Below, in pieces: positions 1 to 10,807 of a stretch of 64,000 nt of DNA. How positions within the stretch are numbered: position 1 is the stretch's first letter; each line of letters opens with the position of its first letter. The stretch is from Epithemia pelagica. Lineage: Eukaryota; Protista; Bacillariophyta. The notes beneath the pieces were generated by a model, which did no database searches, was not told the DNA's origin, and saw nothing but the letters and a program-made list of their open reading frames with translations. A program made the translations under genes and the position numbers. The DNA is taken from the NCBI GenBank assembly GCA_946965045.2, contig OX337232.1, positions 1,426,001-1,490,000 on the forward strand. Direction: 5' to 3'.

Positions 1-1353
1 TCCCGGACACACAAAAAGCCACGCATTCCAGATGAGTCCCCATATTACGAATTGGTTCATAGAACCCGTACCTCCAGAGAACTCTGTTCCGATCAGTTCG
101 ACGATATTTTCCGTACAGATATTATCATATTCCCGTACACATCTGTGTTTTGGACTTCTGCCTTTGTTTCTGACCCGACGAGAATTTTCAGTGAAGTACA
201 GAGTGGTATTGGGAGCACAATCACTACTTCATCCCTTGTACCTCTGCCAATTTCGTGGCTCCGGATAGTGTACAAAACAGACCAGCCTGCATTGGGAAGC
301 TTTATCAAGAAAATCAACCAAGTGTGGACGGTTAATCACATCACGGGCATGAAGAATCCCAAGGTTGTTCACAGTATTCAGTTTCATGACGCTGATGACG
401 ACACTCCTTTGCTCCCTCCTGATTATTTTGGCACTAACATTTTTACAGGAGTACGTAACAGACGTCTTTTTTATCGGGCCCTATTTGAACGTTCACATTC
501 CAACAAGGTCCGATGTCGGCGTTATGTTCCTGAAGCTCTTTATCAGAATTTGCACGATTCTACAGCCTATGTACATGATCCACGTTCAAAAGAGAGAATG
601 ATTTATGCCTTTCAGACCACAATATTGGATGCAAATAAACGCCCCACAGGCCAATCAAACATTGTCGTATCTTTCTTGAAGTCTTCCAACAACTTGTACC
701 AAGACTTGTCACTAGCTTCGAACGAGGTCGTTAGAGATACAACATTATCATCACGTGGGAATGCGCGTCGAAATGCAGGTGATTATGGACAAATGAATGG
801 GTACGGTGTCATGTTTGATCGCTATAAACGGACGAACAAGTGCATTTCATTGCCCGACAACAAAAAGCTAAAAGATTATGTCAAGTCCGTATGTCTTGGA
901 GTTGCTGAATTGGCTGACCAACAATACCCAGGTGTGCGATCTCTTTTTCAGAGTTTGCGTGAGCAATCTGGCATTACGATTCCTGAGGAATTTGGTGGTG
1001 TGAATGGATTTTCTTCTAACATTGCGATTAGTGTCGATTTGGAAAATGCATCACACGTTGATGTCAACGATGCCAGTGTGTGTATTGTTACATTTGCAGA
1101 GACTACGCCACATTCCACTACAGATTGGTACTTTGTATTTCCAGATACTTTGCTCCGAGTCAATGGCCATTCGTACAATGGTCTGGTTATAAAACTTACA
1201 CATGGCATAACCATATTGTTTGACGGAAGGGTTAGGGTTTTTGCACAGACTTGTCCTCCCTTTGCATCGACTTGTTGGCTTCTTGTGACGACTTGCCTCC
1301 TTCTTGCATTGACTTGTTGGATTGTTGTAAGGACATGTCCACAGATTCTTTAA
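1..1353 (+). CDS. TET/JBP-like 2OG-Fe(II) dioxygenase, 5'-partial and apparently truncated near 1232
   Basis: The frame is open from base 1. It has an HxD motif (ENASHVDVNDAS) followed by beta-rich segments (WYFVFP, GLVIKLTHGITILFDGRV). The distal His expected right after DGR is absent, and the last ~40 codons are the antisense of a repeat in the neighbouring ORF. Confidence 0.55.
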   Translation, partial: SRTHKKPRIPDESPYYELVHRTRTSRELCSDQFDDIFRTDIIIFPYTSVFWTSAFVSDPTRIFSEVQSGIGSTITTSSLVPLPISWLRIVYKTDQPALGSFIKKINQVWTVNHITGMKNPKVVHSIQFHDADDDTPLLPPDYFGTNIFTGVRNRRLFYRALFERSHSNKVRCRRYVPEALYQNLHDSTAYVHDPRSKERMIYAFQTTILDANKRPTGQSNIVVSFLKSSNNLYQDLSLASNEVVRDTTLSSRGNARRNAGDYGQMNGYGVMFDRYKRTNKCISLPDNKKLKDYVKSVCLGVAELADQQYPGVRSLFQSLREQSGITIPEEFGGVNGFSSNIAISVDLENASHVDVNDASVCIVTFAETTPHSTTDWYFVFPDTLLRVNGHSYNGLVIKLTHGITILFDGRVRVFAQTCPPFASTCWLLVTTCLLLALTCWIVVRTCPQIL

Positions 1354-2305
1354 ATTTGTCTACCGACTTGTCCACTTGTTGATCCAGCTTATTGAGTTGT
1401 GGCTTTGCCTTGTCCACTTTGGGCACTGTTTTGTGGACTTGTAGCATGGGTCCATCACCTTCTTTTTCCACCTCTTGGAACGAGGTTATCTTCTTTTTGT
1501 CCCCAATTCCTTGCACCCGTTTGAGTTTTTTGAGCTTCACCTCCCGAAGCATCAAAGCATTCTCTATTTTACTAGGCTTTATGTTTCCATCCAGATCCAT
1601 GGCGTCCCCATGAGGAATAACTTGTTTACATACAAGGGACAAATCGAGTGCACTCGGTTTGCATTCATCATCAGGGCACAATGTGCCTTTGGATTTCTTT
1701 TTTGCGCGTGTATTCACCACCGAAGAACGTCGTTTTGTCGAACTATGTGTAGTTCCAGTGTGTTTTGTCAAGGTGCTTGTTGCTGTTGACCTTGTAAATC
1801 GTCGACGTCCTTTGGAGCTGCTGTTCTTTGACAACTTTTCATCGTTCGTGGGTGATTCCTTGGTGGAGCGTGTAACACGTGTCGGTGATGGATCATTTTC
1901 CCGAGGATCCGATGAAGCCGAGGAAGATGAAGAAAAATGGCTATCGGATTCATCGGGTGAGTCATTTTGATTATGACGATTGGTGGCTTCTCCTGATAGC
2001 ATAGGCTTCATGATGTCGACAAATTGGCGGAATACCGCCAGGTCATTGTTGGAAAATGAGGCACTTTGCTTGTTCTTTTGGATGGTCTTTGTTTTCTTTT
2101 TGTTCACCGGCATCGTATCATTCCATTCCACGTCTGAGTACCGTTTCAAACAACTCCTGGCAAAATTCCTTGAGGAACAAAATTTGCTGGTTGAGCTACC
2201 ACAGTGTCGCTCACACCACAAGCCAGCCAAGGTACCACAGTGTCTCTTGCGCCGGACAAATTTTGTATCGTCTTGATTTCTTGATAAAACAATGAAACAG
2301 TACAC
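1232..2305 (-). CDS. Hypothetical low-complexity basic/Ser-rich protein with C-terminal (Q)xxKS repeats
   Basis: 357-codon ORF, convergent with and overlapping the dioxygenase-like ORF. No recognisable domain. Confidence 0.4.
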   Translation of the reverse strand: MYCFIVLSRNQDDTKFVRRKRHCGTLAGLWCERHCGSSTSKFCSSRNFARSCLKRYSDVEWNDTMPVNKKKTKTIQKNKQSASFSNNDLAVFRQFVDIMKPMLSGEATNRHNQNDSPDESDSHFSSSSSASSDPRENDPSPTRVTRSTKESPTNDEKLSKNSSSKGRRRFTRSTATSTLTKHTGTTHSSTKRRSSVVNTRAKKKSKGTLCPDDECKPSALDLSLVCKQVIPHGDAMDLDGNIKPSKIENALMLREVKLKKLKRVQGIGDKKKITSFQEVEKEGDGPMLQVHKTVPKVDKAKPQLNKLDQQVDKSVDKFKESVDMSLQQSNKSMQEGGKSSQEANKSMQREDKSVQKP

Positions 2306-3799
2306 AAGGCACGGTGGAAATTATGATGCTGGGCAAGGAGGATGGAAATTCCACAAGGATGGATTGGACAAGATTAAATTGACGCCGTCTGTTTATGTAA
2401 AGTAAGATAGTGTAAGAAAGACATCAAGAATCACAAAGACAGGTTGAGAAACATACCGAAAGAAGAATAGGACGACCTGTTGTTGTGGCTTTTGTTGTGG
2501 ATCGATCACTTGGACTTCGAACCTAAAAGAGAGGTACAATACACAGCAAGCAGTGTCACGTGTGTGTCACAGCGTGACAGATTTGGAAATTCGGGGCATA
2601 AGTAATGATGACGTGGAGAAGTGTGCATCTATTTGTAGTGAAAGGAGACATATAGATGCATTTGCGTCTATTTGTCGTCTACAAATGGAAGCAATAGTGA
2701 TTTGTCGAAAATTTGCGATCATTTGTGAGACAATGCTACTACATATGGAAACAAAAATTCCGACAAATAGAGCATGAGATAACGGGACTCACTCGCTGTA
2801 TTTAGATTGTCGGGGAAAAAATGAGGGTTGGGGACAAAAATCGTGACGATGGTGGGAAAATCTTGTGACAGCGTATTTGGGATAAACTCATTGGAAAAGA
2901 CGACGAAAAGCAACATCATAGCGACAGGGTTGGGTTACGCTATAACAGTACCAAATCCGGTACCTCACCATTGTCATTTGTTCATGAAATAGGACATTGA
3001 ACATAAGGAAGCAGTGTGACAAGAATATAGAACTGAAACGCTAGATAGTAAAAAACCGATGATGTTTGTAACGCTAGGAAACCCAGTGGGTTTTTTGAAA
3101 AAAATGCTCCAAATGTTTTTTGCTCCAAATGTTGAGTAACAGATCCCCCAAAACAATCGTTGTTCGTTGTTGTTACATTTTGTCACGAGGGAAGCACCAC
3201 TCACCACTCACCATCACTCATAACTCATAACTCATCACCGTCTCTTGAAAGCACACAAAGAGTAGATTCCCTGATCCCCGACAACGACACCTTTGTTTGA
3301 ACTGGATGCATTATCATACCCGTGATGTTACGCTCCTACAAACTTGTTGAACTTTCTATGAATACGAACCTCACAACAACTCAAAGGCTCCCTCCCGTGT
3401 TCTTCCAGCGATTTGCCCCTTCGATTCACTGTTCTTAACTCGAGTGGCCATTGTAATTTGAAATCCTCAAAGTTCATTGAATTATGCCTGTGTCCTATTT
3501 GTTTGGTAGGAGATTCTGCTTTACATAGCTCCTAGCTAGTTGACTTATGAGCTGACTTGTTCCATCTCATCGAACTGCTTCAAAAACCACCAAAGACCTA
3601 GCTTGTACTTTGACATGACAGTGTCTGACAAAAACATTTCTTTTACAAGATACTCCTAAGAGAAAATCTGTCCCTCTGTTACTTGCTCTTCTCCTTTTTC
3701 ACCTGTGTTGTACTCCTAAATGGATACAGTTCCACCTCTCTCCAACAGGGTAGGTAAGAAGGACAGCTACTCCTGGAGTCTCTAGAAATCGCCGAGAGT

Positions 3800-3991
3800 T
3801 TGCTTTGTTTGGAGGCTGGCACAGACCTAGCATGGCATGAGAAAGATTCAAAGCAAAAAACTACGCAAACAAGCAATGCCTTAAGGAATTTCTATGTGAA
3901 AGTGGATGACCTGAAATCATACAAGGAGAAGTATGGAAACTGCAATGTCCCGCAAATCTTTCATGACAACCAGGCTTTGGCTATCAGGTAG
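3800..3991 (+). pseudogene. Helicase-associated (HA) domain fragment
   Basis: LKSYKEKYGNCNVPQ...NQALAI matches the HA repeat pattern but stops before the conserved W...QR. Confidence 0.55.
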
Positions 3992-4694
3992 CTCTAGCTT
4001 GCTAGGGAGGGGGAGTTTGTATCCCGTGGGACTAACTCCGGCCAGTCAGTATCTCTTATTAGAGAGCTCCTTCTGACTTTATAGGGGGAAGTCGCAGAAG
4101 AGGAGGGGAAAGAAAGGAAGAGAAAAAAGAAGAAGAAGAAGGAAAAAAGAAAAAAGAGGAAGAATTAGTGGTAAGATTCCCTTTGCTACGAACGTGCGAT
4201 TGCCACCATCATATTATGATCTCATTGGTTGGTCCATTTGTCACTGCTTCTGGTCTGTGTGGGATGTGTGGTGACTACGTGTTGCTCCAATGTCCCGGTA
4301 AAGGGGGATTTGGCAGTTCCCTACGGTCATTCTACGTATTTGGCTACGGTAAGTGCTGACACCGTGTGTCTTTTACCTATACAAAACATCGTCAGCCTCA
4401 CATATGCCTTTGATCTCTGCTTGTATTGCCTGTGCGAAGATATTGGCATACATTGTTTCCAGTATATCGCGCAATCATAGCTACGGCATGGACGAGAAGT
4501 TTTGCACAGTTTTTGTTAGTTCATTATTTTCTGATCGATGGTTTTCTCACTACTGTTGTTGTTGTTGTCGTTGTTGTTGTTATATCTCTTGAATCTTTGT
4601 GTTAAAGTGTCTGGCCTCCATGGTAAGTCGCGACTGTTGGCTGTTGATGCTGTGTTGATTTTTGCTGCTCTCTAACCGATGTTGTTGTTGTGTT

Positions 4695-7600
4695 TTAAGG
4701 GTACGATGCATTACTGGGATGGTTGGAACAAGATTTGTCATGGGGTGGGATGCCCCGACGATTGGGCCTCCGCCAATACTGAATATTGCGGATGCAACAA
4801 TTTTGAGTCGGTTGTGGATGTGTTGGTTGTTGATGGACCGGTTGGCAACCAAGGTACGACGAGTAATACGCCACTTGCTGCAGCAGCTGTTGCTGAAAGT
4901 GATGAACACTAGCAAGCGGCGTATTTGGCGGAAGCAATGGTGGAAGTGATGGCATTTGTGGTTGTGGCATGGTGATTGGTCTGGGGGCCGGTTGTATTGC
5001 TGTTCTTGGTGGCGATTTGGGAGCAGGTTGCTGTTGTGTTTGTGGTGGTGGTCGTTGTGGTCGTGTTGGAGAAGACTGTTGCACTGTTGGAGCTGGTGGT
5101 GGCGGCAGCTCTTCCTCTTCATCACTCAACATTGGATCATCGTCATCTTCTTGGTTTGCTTCGTCTTGGTGCTCTTCTTTTTCCTCAACTTGTTGCTCTT
5201 TTTCATTTTCTCGTGATTGTTCTGTATCTTGTTGTTCCAGTGTCTCGCTTGTTTGCATTGTTTCTTCATCTTGCATATTGCGCTGAGCCTCACATTTCTC
5301 ACAGGGACAGAAGTCATGCTGTTGGACCGAGATGTTCCAGACCTCGTTGAGCTGCTCATAAACTTGCAAGTACTCAGAAAAAAAGCGTTCACCATTGTCT
5401 TGCGGTAAGTGCTCGACGTCATCAAACAACTTGGATGCGCCGCATCGAACGGCCAACTTGTTGATAAAGGCAAGTTGCTGGTGGTTCCAATGACTCACCA
5501 CTGTTTCCCACGCCGCAGGCATTTTCTTGTTGCGTTGTTCCGTTGTCTTCGACACAAAGCGCAGCTTGTGTTGAATCTGACGGTTGTACCGCGCCGTTCC
5601 GCACAAGTTCAAGCCGTCCGAGAGTTTTTCATTTGTGCCCCCATTACTGAAATGGGCCAAGTTGTTGTGCCATGACTCCAATTTGGATTCCCCTCGGTAA
5701 GAGACCCATTCGGACAATTGATGGCTTGATTTTGGGTGTGGTTTGATCTCACGATACATGTCTTCGATTGGAATCGGATCTGCGAGAAACTCTGCCTTTT
5801 TTTTACAGTTTTCGATTGCTGAGTGTGTATCTTGTGTGAACAGTGGTTGTTGTGTCTTGTGATTGAGCCTTCCTCGTGCCGGTGGCCCACTGTCACTTCT
5901 ACTTCTCACTTTATATTTTATCTTCCACTCCTCCAGGCGCATCACGATTGTTTGGAACGCGCGGATGATTTTCCGTAAGTACTTGCCGTATCTTTCGCGA
6001 AAAACCTTGGTCTGTCTCATTTCTGCTATTTGCTTGTCATTATATTTCTTGCCTCCAAGGGTGCCATTCTTCAGGGCCGTGATGACTTTGTGGAAGTCAC
6101 CATCGTGATACTCGTAGATGCAATCCAACAATTCGCGCAACGCGTCACCAAAGTCCATGTGTTTATGGCGCAGGGTCTTTATAATTCTCTGGAGGAAATG
6201 AAAGAGTCCCAGTCTTGGGACTACATCTTCACCCAACAATCCAACCCAATAATCGCTCTTGTGGGGGAATGTGTCGGAATAGATGACGCTCGGGTTAAAA
6301 TTTCCACGGCTGCAGAGTTGTTGGGCAGCATGGGAGAAGGTCTTGGTTTCCAAGTTTGGAACCAAGATTGCACATGCAATCTCGCCTACTTCATTGGCAG
6401 CATCCCATACAGCTTCTGCCTTGAGCCTCTTGGGATAGTTCTTGACTGCTTGGAAGGTGTGGTCTTGGGCAAAACTTGTTTGGCAGCCCACTGCTTGGAT
6501 TTCCCTGGTGTGCCTCTCATAGTCACTTGTTCTCCAGGGATTGAGTCTGGATCTTGATGCCTCGTGGTAGGCCTGTCTGATTGTCTCACCAAGAGGAGGA
6601 TACCTGGTGAGCCACTCTCCATCTTTCGCTGGATACTCTTGCCCTTGCTGATGTGTTGCATCGCAGAAGGAGTAATAGTTAGTTGTTCTATTCCTATAAT
6701 CCCTGTTGATTGCAGCATACAATAGTCCACTACAGTGGTCACCATTGCCATAGGTAAGCATCTCCTCCTCCAACACTGTTGTTGTTGTAATGTCGAAGTG
6801 CTGGGCACCTCGAGCCCACTTTGCTTCGACCGGATACCATTTCGCAAAATGTGGAGGCAACAAATTGAGAAGCGCTCCGTCGTTGCCGGCATGCGTGGTA
6901 TTGCACTCCTTGCAATGGTAGTGCATGACAAGGGCGTAAGACGGTGCGCCATCAAGACCAAAAATGGGGAATAGACTTTTGCTCCTGGAAAGGTTGGTCC
7001 GCTCGCGTTGTAGTGTACAGTTGTTACACTTTGGACACTTTAGCCCAATTTTCTGAAACTCCACCGGCATAAACAGCTCCCAGTCAACAATGTACAAACG
7101 TCGCCCTACAATTGACTCCCACAGGGCATTTTTGTTGTTTCGCACGTCGGGTACAGTCAAACACATGTCGCGCATGAACGGCTTAAGTGACCGCACGTCG
7201 CGCTTCCGTTCCAAACAAGTTTCGGCGATAGTCTTGGCAAGCGCGTACATTGTTTTCGGACACATGATCGACTCGTCTTGTTCTATCTCCTTGTATTTAG
7301 CCAGTACCGATTGCATAAATACATACTCATCCGACCCAACGGCCGACGTCACCTGATTATTGATCAGGCAGTCCGTGCGCGCAATACAGTTGCGCTTCCC
7401 CTTTCGAACCCTGGAAAGTTTCCAATCGTCCTCTGTCACGGTCGTTGCTTCATTTGAAGCTTCCGAGACAGGTTTATTGTTGAGACGAAAGAAGAGGTTG
7501 AAATCTTCTTGCCTCATGATGATTGGATGGTAAGTCACTTCCTTGTTGGCCTCTTTCTTCAGTCGTTCCTCCTCCTTCATGGCCTCTACCAAGTGGTCTG

Positions 7601-8138
7601 GTATGCCCCTGGTCTTTGTGTTCTTCGGGCAGAAGACGTGATGGGGGCGCTTGGGAGGCTTGGTCCCAAGCCTTTTGGAACTGCAGATGGTGCAGTCCCT
7701 GTCCGGCTCAAAGGCCTTTTTCTTCTCAAGCGTGAGCTGCCTCAACTGCTTTGCCTCTTGTTGCTTCCTCTTCTTGTTGCTTCTCTGTTGTGCTAACAAC
7801 TTTGCCCTTTTTGTTTGGTTGTTTCGTCGTTGACTCTGCCCACCCATCTCTTGCTCCTTGCTGAGCTTTTTGTATGGGTTCACCACCAAGGGTGCTGGTG
7901 GTGGTGGAGGAGAGTCATTCTCCTCAGGGACAGTCATCGTGGTTGGGTCCATTGTCGCTCCAGAAACATCGACACCATTGTCCATGTCCTGGGGCACGGC
8001 AACCACGACTGGCCTCATTGGCACGGAATCGTGTTGGAGACGAAATCCCTGTCGTTTCGGCTGTTTTTGTGGGGAAGTCGGCAAGATTCCGTGGCTTTTT
8101 GCGCATGGCGTGCGATGTCTACTGGTAAGAGAAGACAT
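4695..8138 (-). CDS. DDE-type transposase, Dada/DUF6729-like (copy 1, intact ORF, 1147 aa)
   Basis: N-terminal CxxC...H...C motif, CPxC...YxCxxC domain, candidate catalytic D (QDHTF), D (YSDTF) and E (RGESKLESWH), GLFHF at the DxxH position, C-terminal CC...PPH...C. Family named from recalled motifs only. Confidence 0.7.
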   Translation of the reverse strand: MSSLTSRHRTPCAKSHGILPTSPQKQPKRQGFRLQHDSVPMRPVVVAVPQDMDNGVDVSGATMDPTTMTVPEENDSPPPPPAPLVVNPYKKLSKEQEMGGQSQRRNNQTKRAKLLAQQRSNKKRKQQEAKQLRQLTLEKKKAFEPDRDCTICSSKRLGTKPPKRPHHVFCPKNTKTRGIPDHLVEAMKEEERLKKEANKEVTYHPIIMRQEDFNLFFRLNNKPVSEASNEATTVTEDDWKLSRVRKGKRNCIARTDCLINNQVTSAVGSDEYVFMQSVLAKYKEIEQDESIMCPKTMYALAKTIAETCLERKRDVRSLKPFMRDMCLTVPDVRNNKNALWESIVGRRLYIVDWELFMPVEFQKIGLKCPKCNNCTLQRERTNLSRSKSLFPIFGLDGAPSYALVMHYHCKECNTTHAGNDGALLNLLPPHFAKWYPVEAKWARGAQHFDITTTTVLEEEMLTYGNGDHCSGLLYAAINRDYRNRTTNYYSFCDATHQQGQEYPAKDGEWLTRYPPLGETIRQAYHEASRSRLNPWRTSDYERHTREIQAVGCQTSFAQDHTFQAVKNYPKRLKAEAVWDAANEVGEIACAILVPNLETKTFSHAAQQLCSRGNFNPSVIYSDTFPHKSDYWVGLLGEDVVPRLGLFHFLQRIIKTLRHKHMDFGDALRELLDCIYEYHDGDFHKVITALKNGTLGGKKYNDKQIAEMRQTKVFRERYGKYLRKIIRAFQTIVMRLEEWKIKYKVRSRSDSGPPARGRLNHKTQQPLFTQDTHSAIENCKKKAEFLADPIPIEDMYREIKPHPKSSHQLSEWVSYRGESKLESWHNNLAHFSNGGTNEKLSDGLNLCGTARYNRQIQHKLRFVSKTTEQRNKKMPAAWETVVSHWNHQQLAFINKLAVRCGASKLFDDVEHLPQDNGERFFSEYLQVYEQLNEVWNISVQQHDFCPCEKCEAQRNMQDEETMQTSETLEQQDTEQSRENEKEQQVEEKEEHQDEANQEDDDDPMLSDEEEELPPPPAPTVQQSSPTRPQRPPPQTQQQPAPKSPPRTAIQPAPRPITMPQPQMPSLPPLLPPNTPLASVHHFQQQLLQQVAYYSSYLGCQPVHQQPTHPQPTQNCCIRNIQYWRRPNRRGIPPHDKSCSNHPSNASYP

Positions 8139-8194
8139 GTCTTGTGTGAGTTTTCGTTAAGTATTTTGATGTCTTGTCTATGTCTTGTGAGTTT

Positions 8195-8219
8195 TCTAAC
8201 CCAATCATATTTCTGCCTT
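8195..8219 (-). promoter_or_regulatory. 25-bp non-coding motif shared by both transposase genes (copy 1)
   Basis: tctaacccaatcatatttctgcctt is 24/25 identical to 18710-18734, ~55 nt upstream of the ATG. It contains CCAAT. Confidence 0.6.
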
Positions 8220-8878
8220 CTATTTCGTGAGCCCCCCGGCTGAAAATGGGGGGGGCCAAGGTAGAAGAGAGAAGGGAAAAAGGGGAGGGAAAAAAAGAGG
8301 AAGAAAAAAGGAAGAGATTCCCAACGTTCAAAATGGTAAGATTCCATCGTTTTCTGCATCCTAGTCGGTTTCACTCTTATTGGCTGAATTACCATGTCTT
8401 GTCTAACCCTTGCATCTGGTTTAACTCTCTGTCATGAGGGGCGAAGGCACCTCCCCTTCAATCACCATAAATGATTTTGGTCTTAGTTCAGAAATTTCTG
8501 TGCTTACATTAGTGGTCAACGCTTGACGAACGTACAAGACGTCTGTCCATGGTAAGCTTCATGTGTGCTCTGTACGTCGATCGTTGACACAAAAATCTAC
8601 CGAAAGATCGCTCTCATAATTTTTGAACAGGCATGTTTCTAACTCATTCTTCATCTTATGTTTTAGTTCTTCTTATTTCAGGTATACGGGTCGTCTCATC
8701 CTAATGGTTTTGTGTCTTTTTCTTCTTTGTGGTGTGGTGCATGGGTTTGGTGTGATGGATTTCTTGGTTTTCCTTTTTGTGCTTGAGCCACATCCGCCAT
8801 GATATTTCAGTGATGTGGCTGGATCCTCCTTCCTGCCAGCAACGGCAAAATGGACAAGCCATTGCCATGGACAATCCG

Positions 8879-10093
8879 TCAAGGCTTCTTGGTATTTTTG
8901 TTGGGACAGTCTTTGTTGTGATGAGGTCTCCCACGCTTTCCATTCTCGAAGTATTCAAAATACTTCGGACAACAGAATTGCCGTTGGTTTCGTGGGGTTG
9001 GCCGCATCCAAGTTGTGGTCGTGGCATGGTGCTGCTGTTGAACTAAATTTGGCATCAGCAACGACAGAGCCAAAAGTGTTTGAGCCAATGGCCCACTTGC
9101 TTGGCTTGTTGTCATTGTTGTAAGTTCTTGTTGTGCATGTGTTGTGTTTGTGGTTGTGATTCTTGCTGGTGTGCTGGTGATTCTGTCGTTCTTGTTGACT
9201 GTTCCAAAACCAGAGCTGAATCGTGCACTATTTAGTTGTTGCATAATCTCACGCCTATGTTGTGCTCTTTCTTGTTCTTGTTGATTCTCTTCTCTCATTC
9301 GCTTCTTTGTTTGACTGGTGCTACTTTCTTGGTGACGTGCTTCCCCAGCCTGTTCTTGTTGTTGTTCTTGTGGAACCAGCGGCCGAGTCTCACTTGGTTC
9401 TTGCTCACCCACATTCTTGATGTAAGTACTCTCCTCCTGTCGAGGCTCTCTGTCACCAGATTCCATTGTTGTTATCGTCTCCTTCTCACTGGCATTTTGG
9501 TTTTACTGTACATGCTGCTCTTTTTTGGATTTGACTGCTGTTGGATTTCCCACAATCGGAACACACAACAACCCCTCACTCTGATTGTTTGGACTGCTTT
9601 TGGGGGAATTGCCGTCCTCACTCTCATCTTTCTCATTCTCCTCTCTCTTGTCATGCTCATTGTCTTGGTTTGTTTCATCACTGTTATTTGATGGTGTCCT
9701 CTTTCGGTACGGGTTAACAATCATCCCCTGTACTGTTTGGACTGGTGGTAGTGTTGAAAGAGTAGGTGCTGGTGGTGGGTGAAAGGACTTGTCATGGGGA
9801 AGGCGCACAACAGACTTGGCACACAAGCAACACTGACAGCGGTCATTGAGTGGATGCTTCGGAATCTCCAATTTCCGTCTGCTCTGTTGTGCCAAGTATT
9901 CCGAAAAAAAGCGTTCACCAGTGTCTTCTGGTAAGTTTTCAACCCATTGAAATTGTTGTTGCGATCCAGAACTCACAGCCATTTCATTGATGAATAGCAG
10001 TTCAGTGTGGTTCCAATAAGGAACCACACATTCCCATCCGGCTGGAATAAGAGATCGCTTATCAAGACTCATTGCAAGCAATCGATGCTTGAA
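8879..10093 (-). pseudogene. 3' part of Dada/DUF6729-like transposase copy 2
   Basis: IPAGWECVVPYWNH...LPEDTGERFFSEYL and the terminal CC...RGRPHH..C align with the copy 1 C-terminus. One in-frame TAA at 9503-9505 separates the 192-aa and 195-aa ORFs. Confidence 0.8.
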
Positions 10094-10098
10094 TCGAA

Positions 10099-10807
10099 TA
10101 GTAGAGATTCATCAATACACGCTCTAGAAGAGCCACAATCCATTACCAACTGATACCAAGGTTCTCCACGGGTCAGAGAACAAAGGAAACCCAAGGGCTC
10201 TATCGTAGGGATAGTCAGGACACTGAAGATGTGATGATATGGTAATGTTAATGATTGTGAGCTTTAGGACTACGGTGTGTGTGTGGGTGTGCAGGTCTGG
10301 TCAGGGTGCATGACTGATATATTCATGGTGCTGACAGGACTGGTATGGTTGGAGTAGACATGGATTTTGTGTATTGGAAGTATATGCACTTGTATATCAT
10401 ATACCAATGCCAACAGCTCTTGCTTTGTCATGATATAGGTAGTTTCCTTGGCGCGTTGCTGTTTGCATTCTTTGATTTGTGGGAATAGAGATATGGTCTC
10501 GCGTGATCGTGATTCGTGCTTTGGTTACTTAGGCCGTTGGGCTAAGTTGTGGAGGTGCGTACTCGGATATTGATTGCGCGCGCTTGAGAATAATGGGCGC
10601 GCACGTGTTGGGCCATAATTAATATCCGATCGGTCGCTCATAACGCTTGCATTGCGAGCATGCCTTGGCCAAAATTAAAAGGTCTGCGAGCATGCCGTCA
10701 TTCTTTTCTCACTTTTACGAAAATGTCATCGGATGCCATAAAATACTAGCATCAGTCGATGAGTTGTAGATTCCACCACAACCTAGTTGTTGGTGAGAAT
10801 TCTGCCA
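10099..10807 (-). repeat. 3' LTR of nested copia element (TG...TA on the minus strand)
   Basis: Direct repeat of 15437-16145, preceded on the minus strand by the purine tract GTGGGGAG (10808-10815). Confidence 0.92.

Noticed and set aside
1228-1238. Telomere-like GGGTTAGGGTT at the dioxygenase truncation point
   Set aside because: Fewer than two repeat units. An attempted rejoin with agggttgggtta at ~2926-2937 gave no clean TSD or in-frame DGRxxRH.
4580-8243. Many alternative-frame and antisense ORFs over the transposase
   Set aside because: Products of low-complexity Gln/Pro/Glu tracts with no independent evidence.
10082-10098. Alternative canonical boundary TG(10086)...CA(16145) with a 4-bp TCGA TSD
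   Set aside because: 10086-10098 has no counterpart in the other LTR and translates as host transposase sequence. The 5-bp TSD, LTR identity and PBS agree on 10099.
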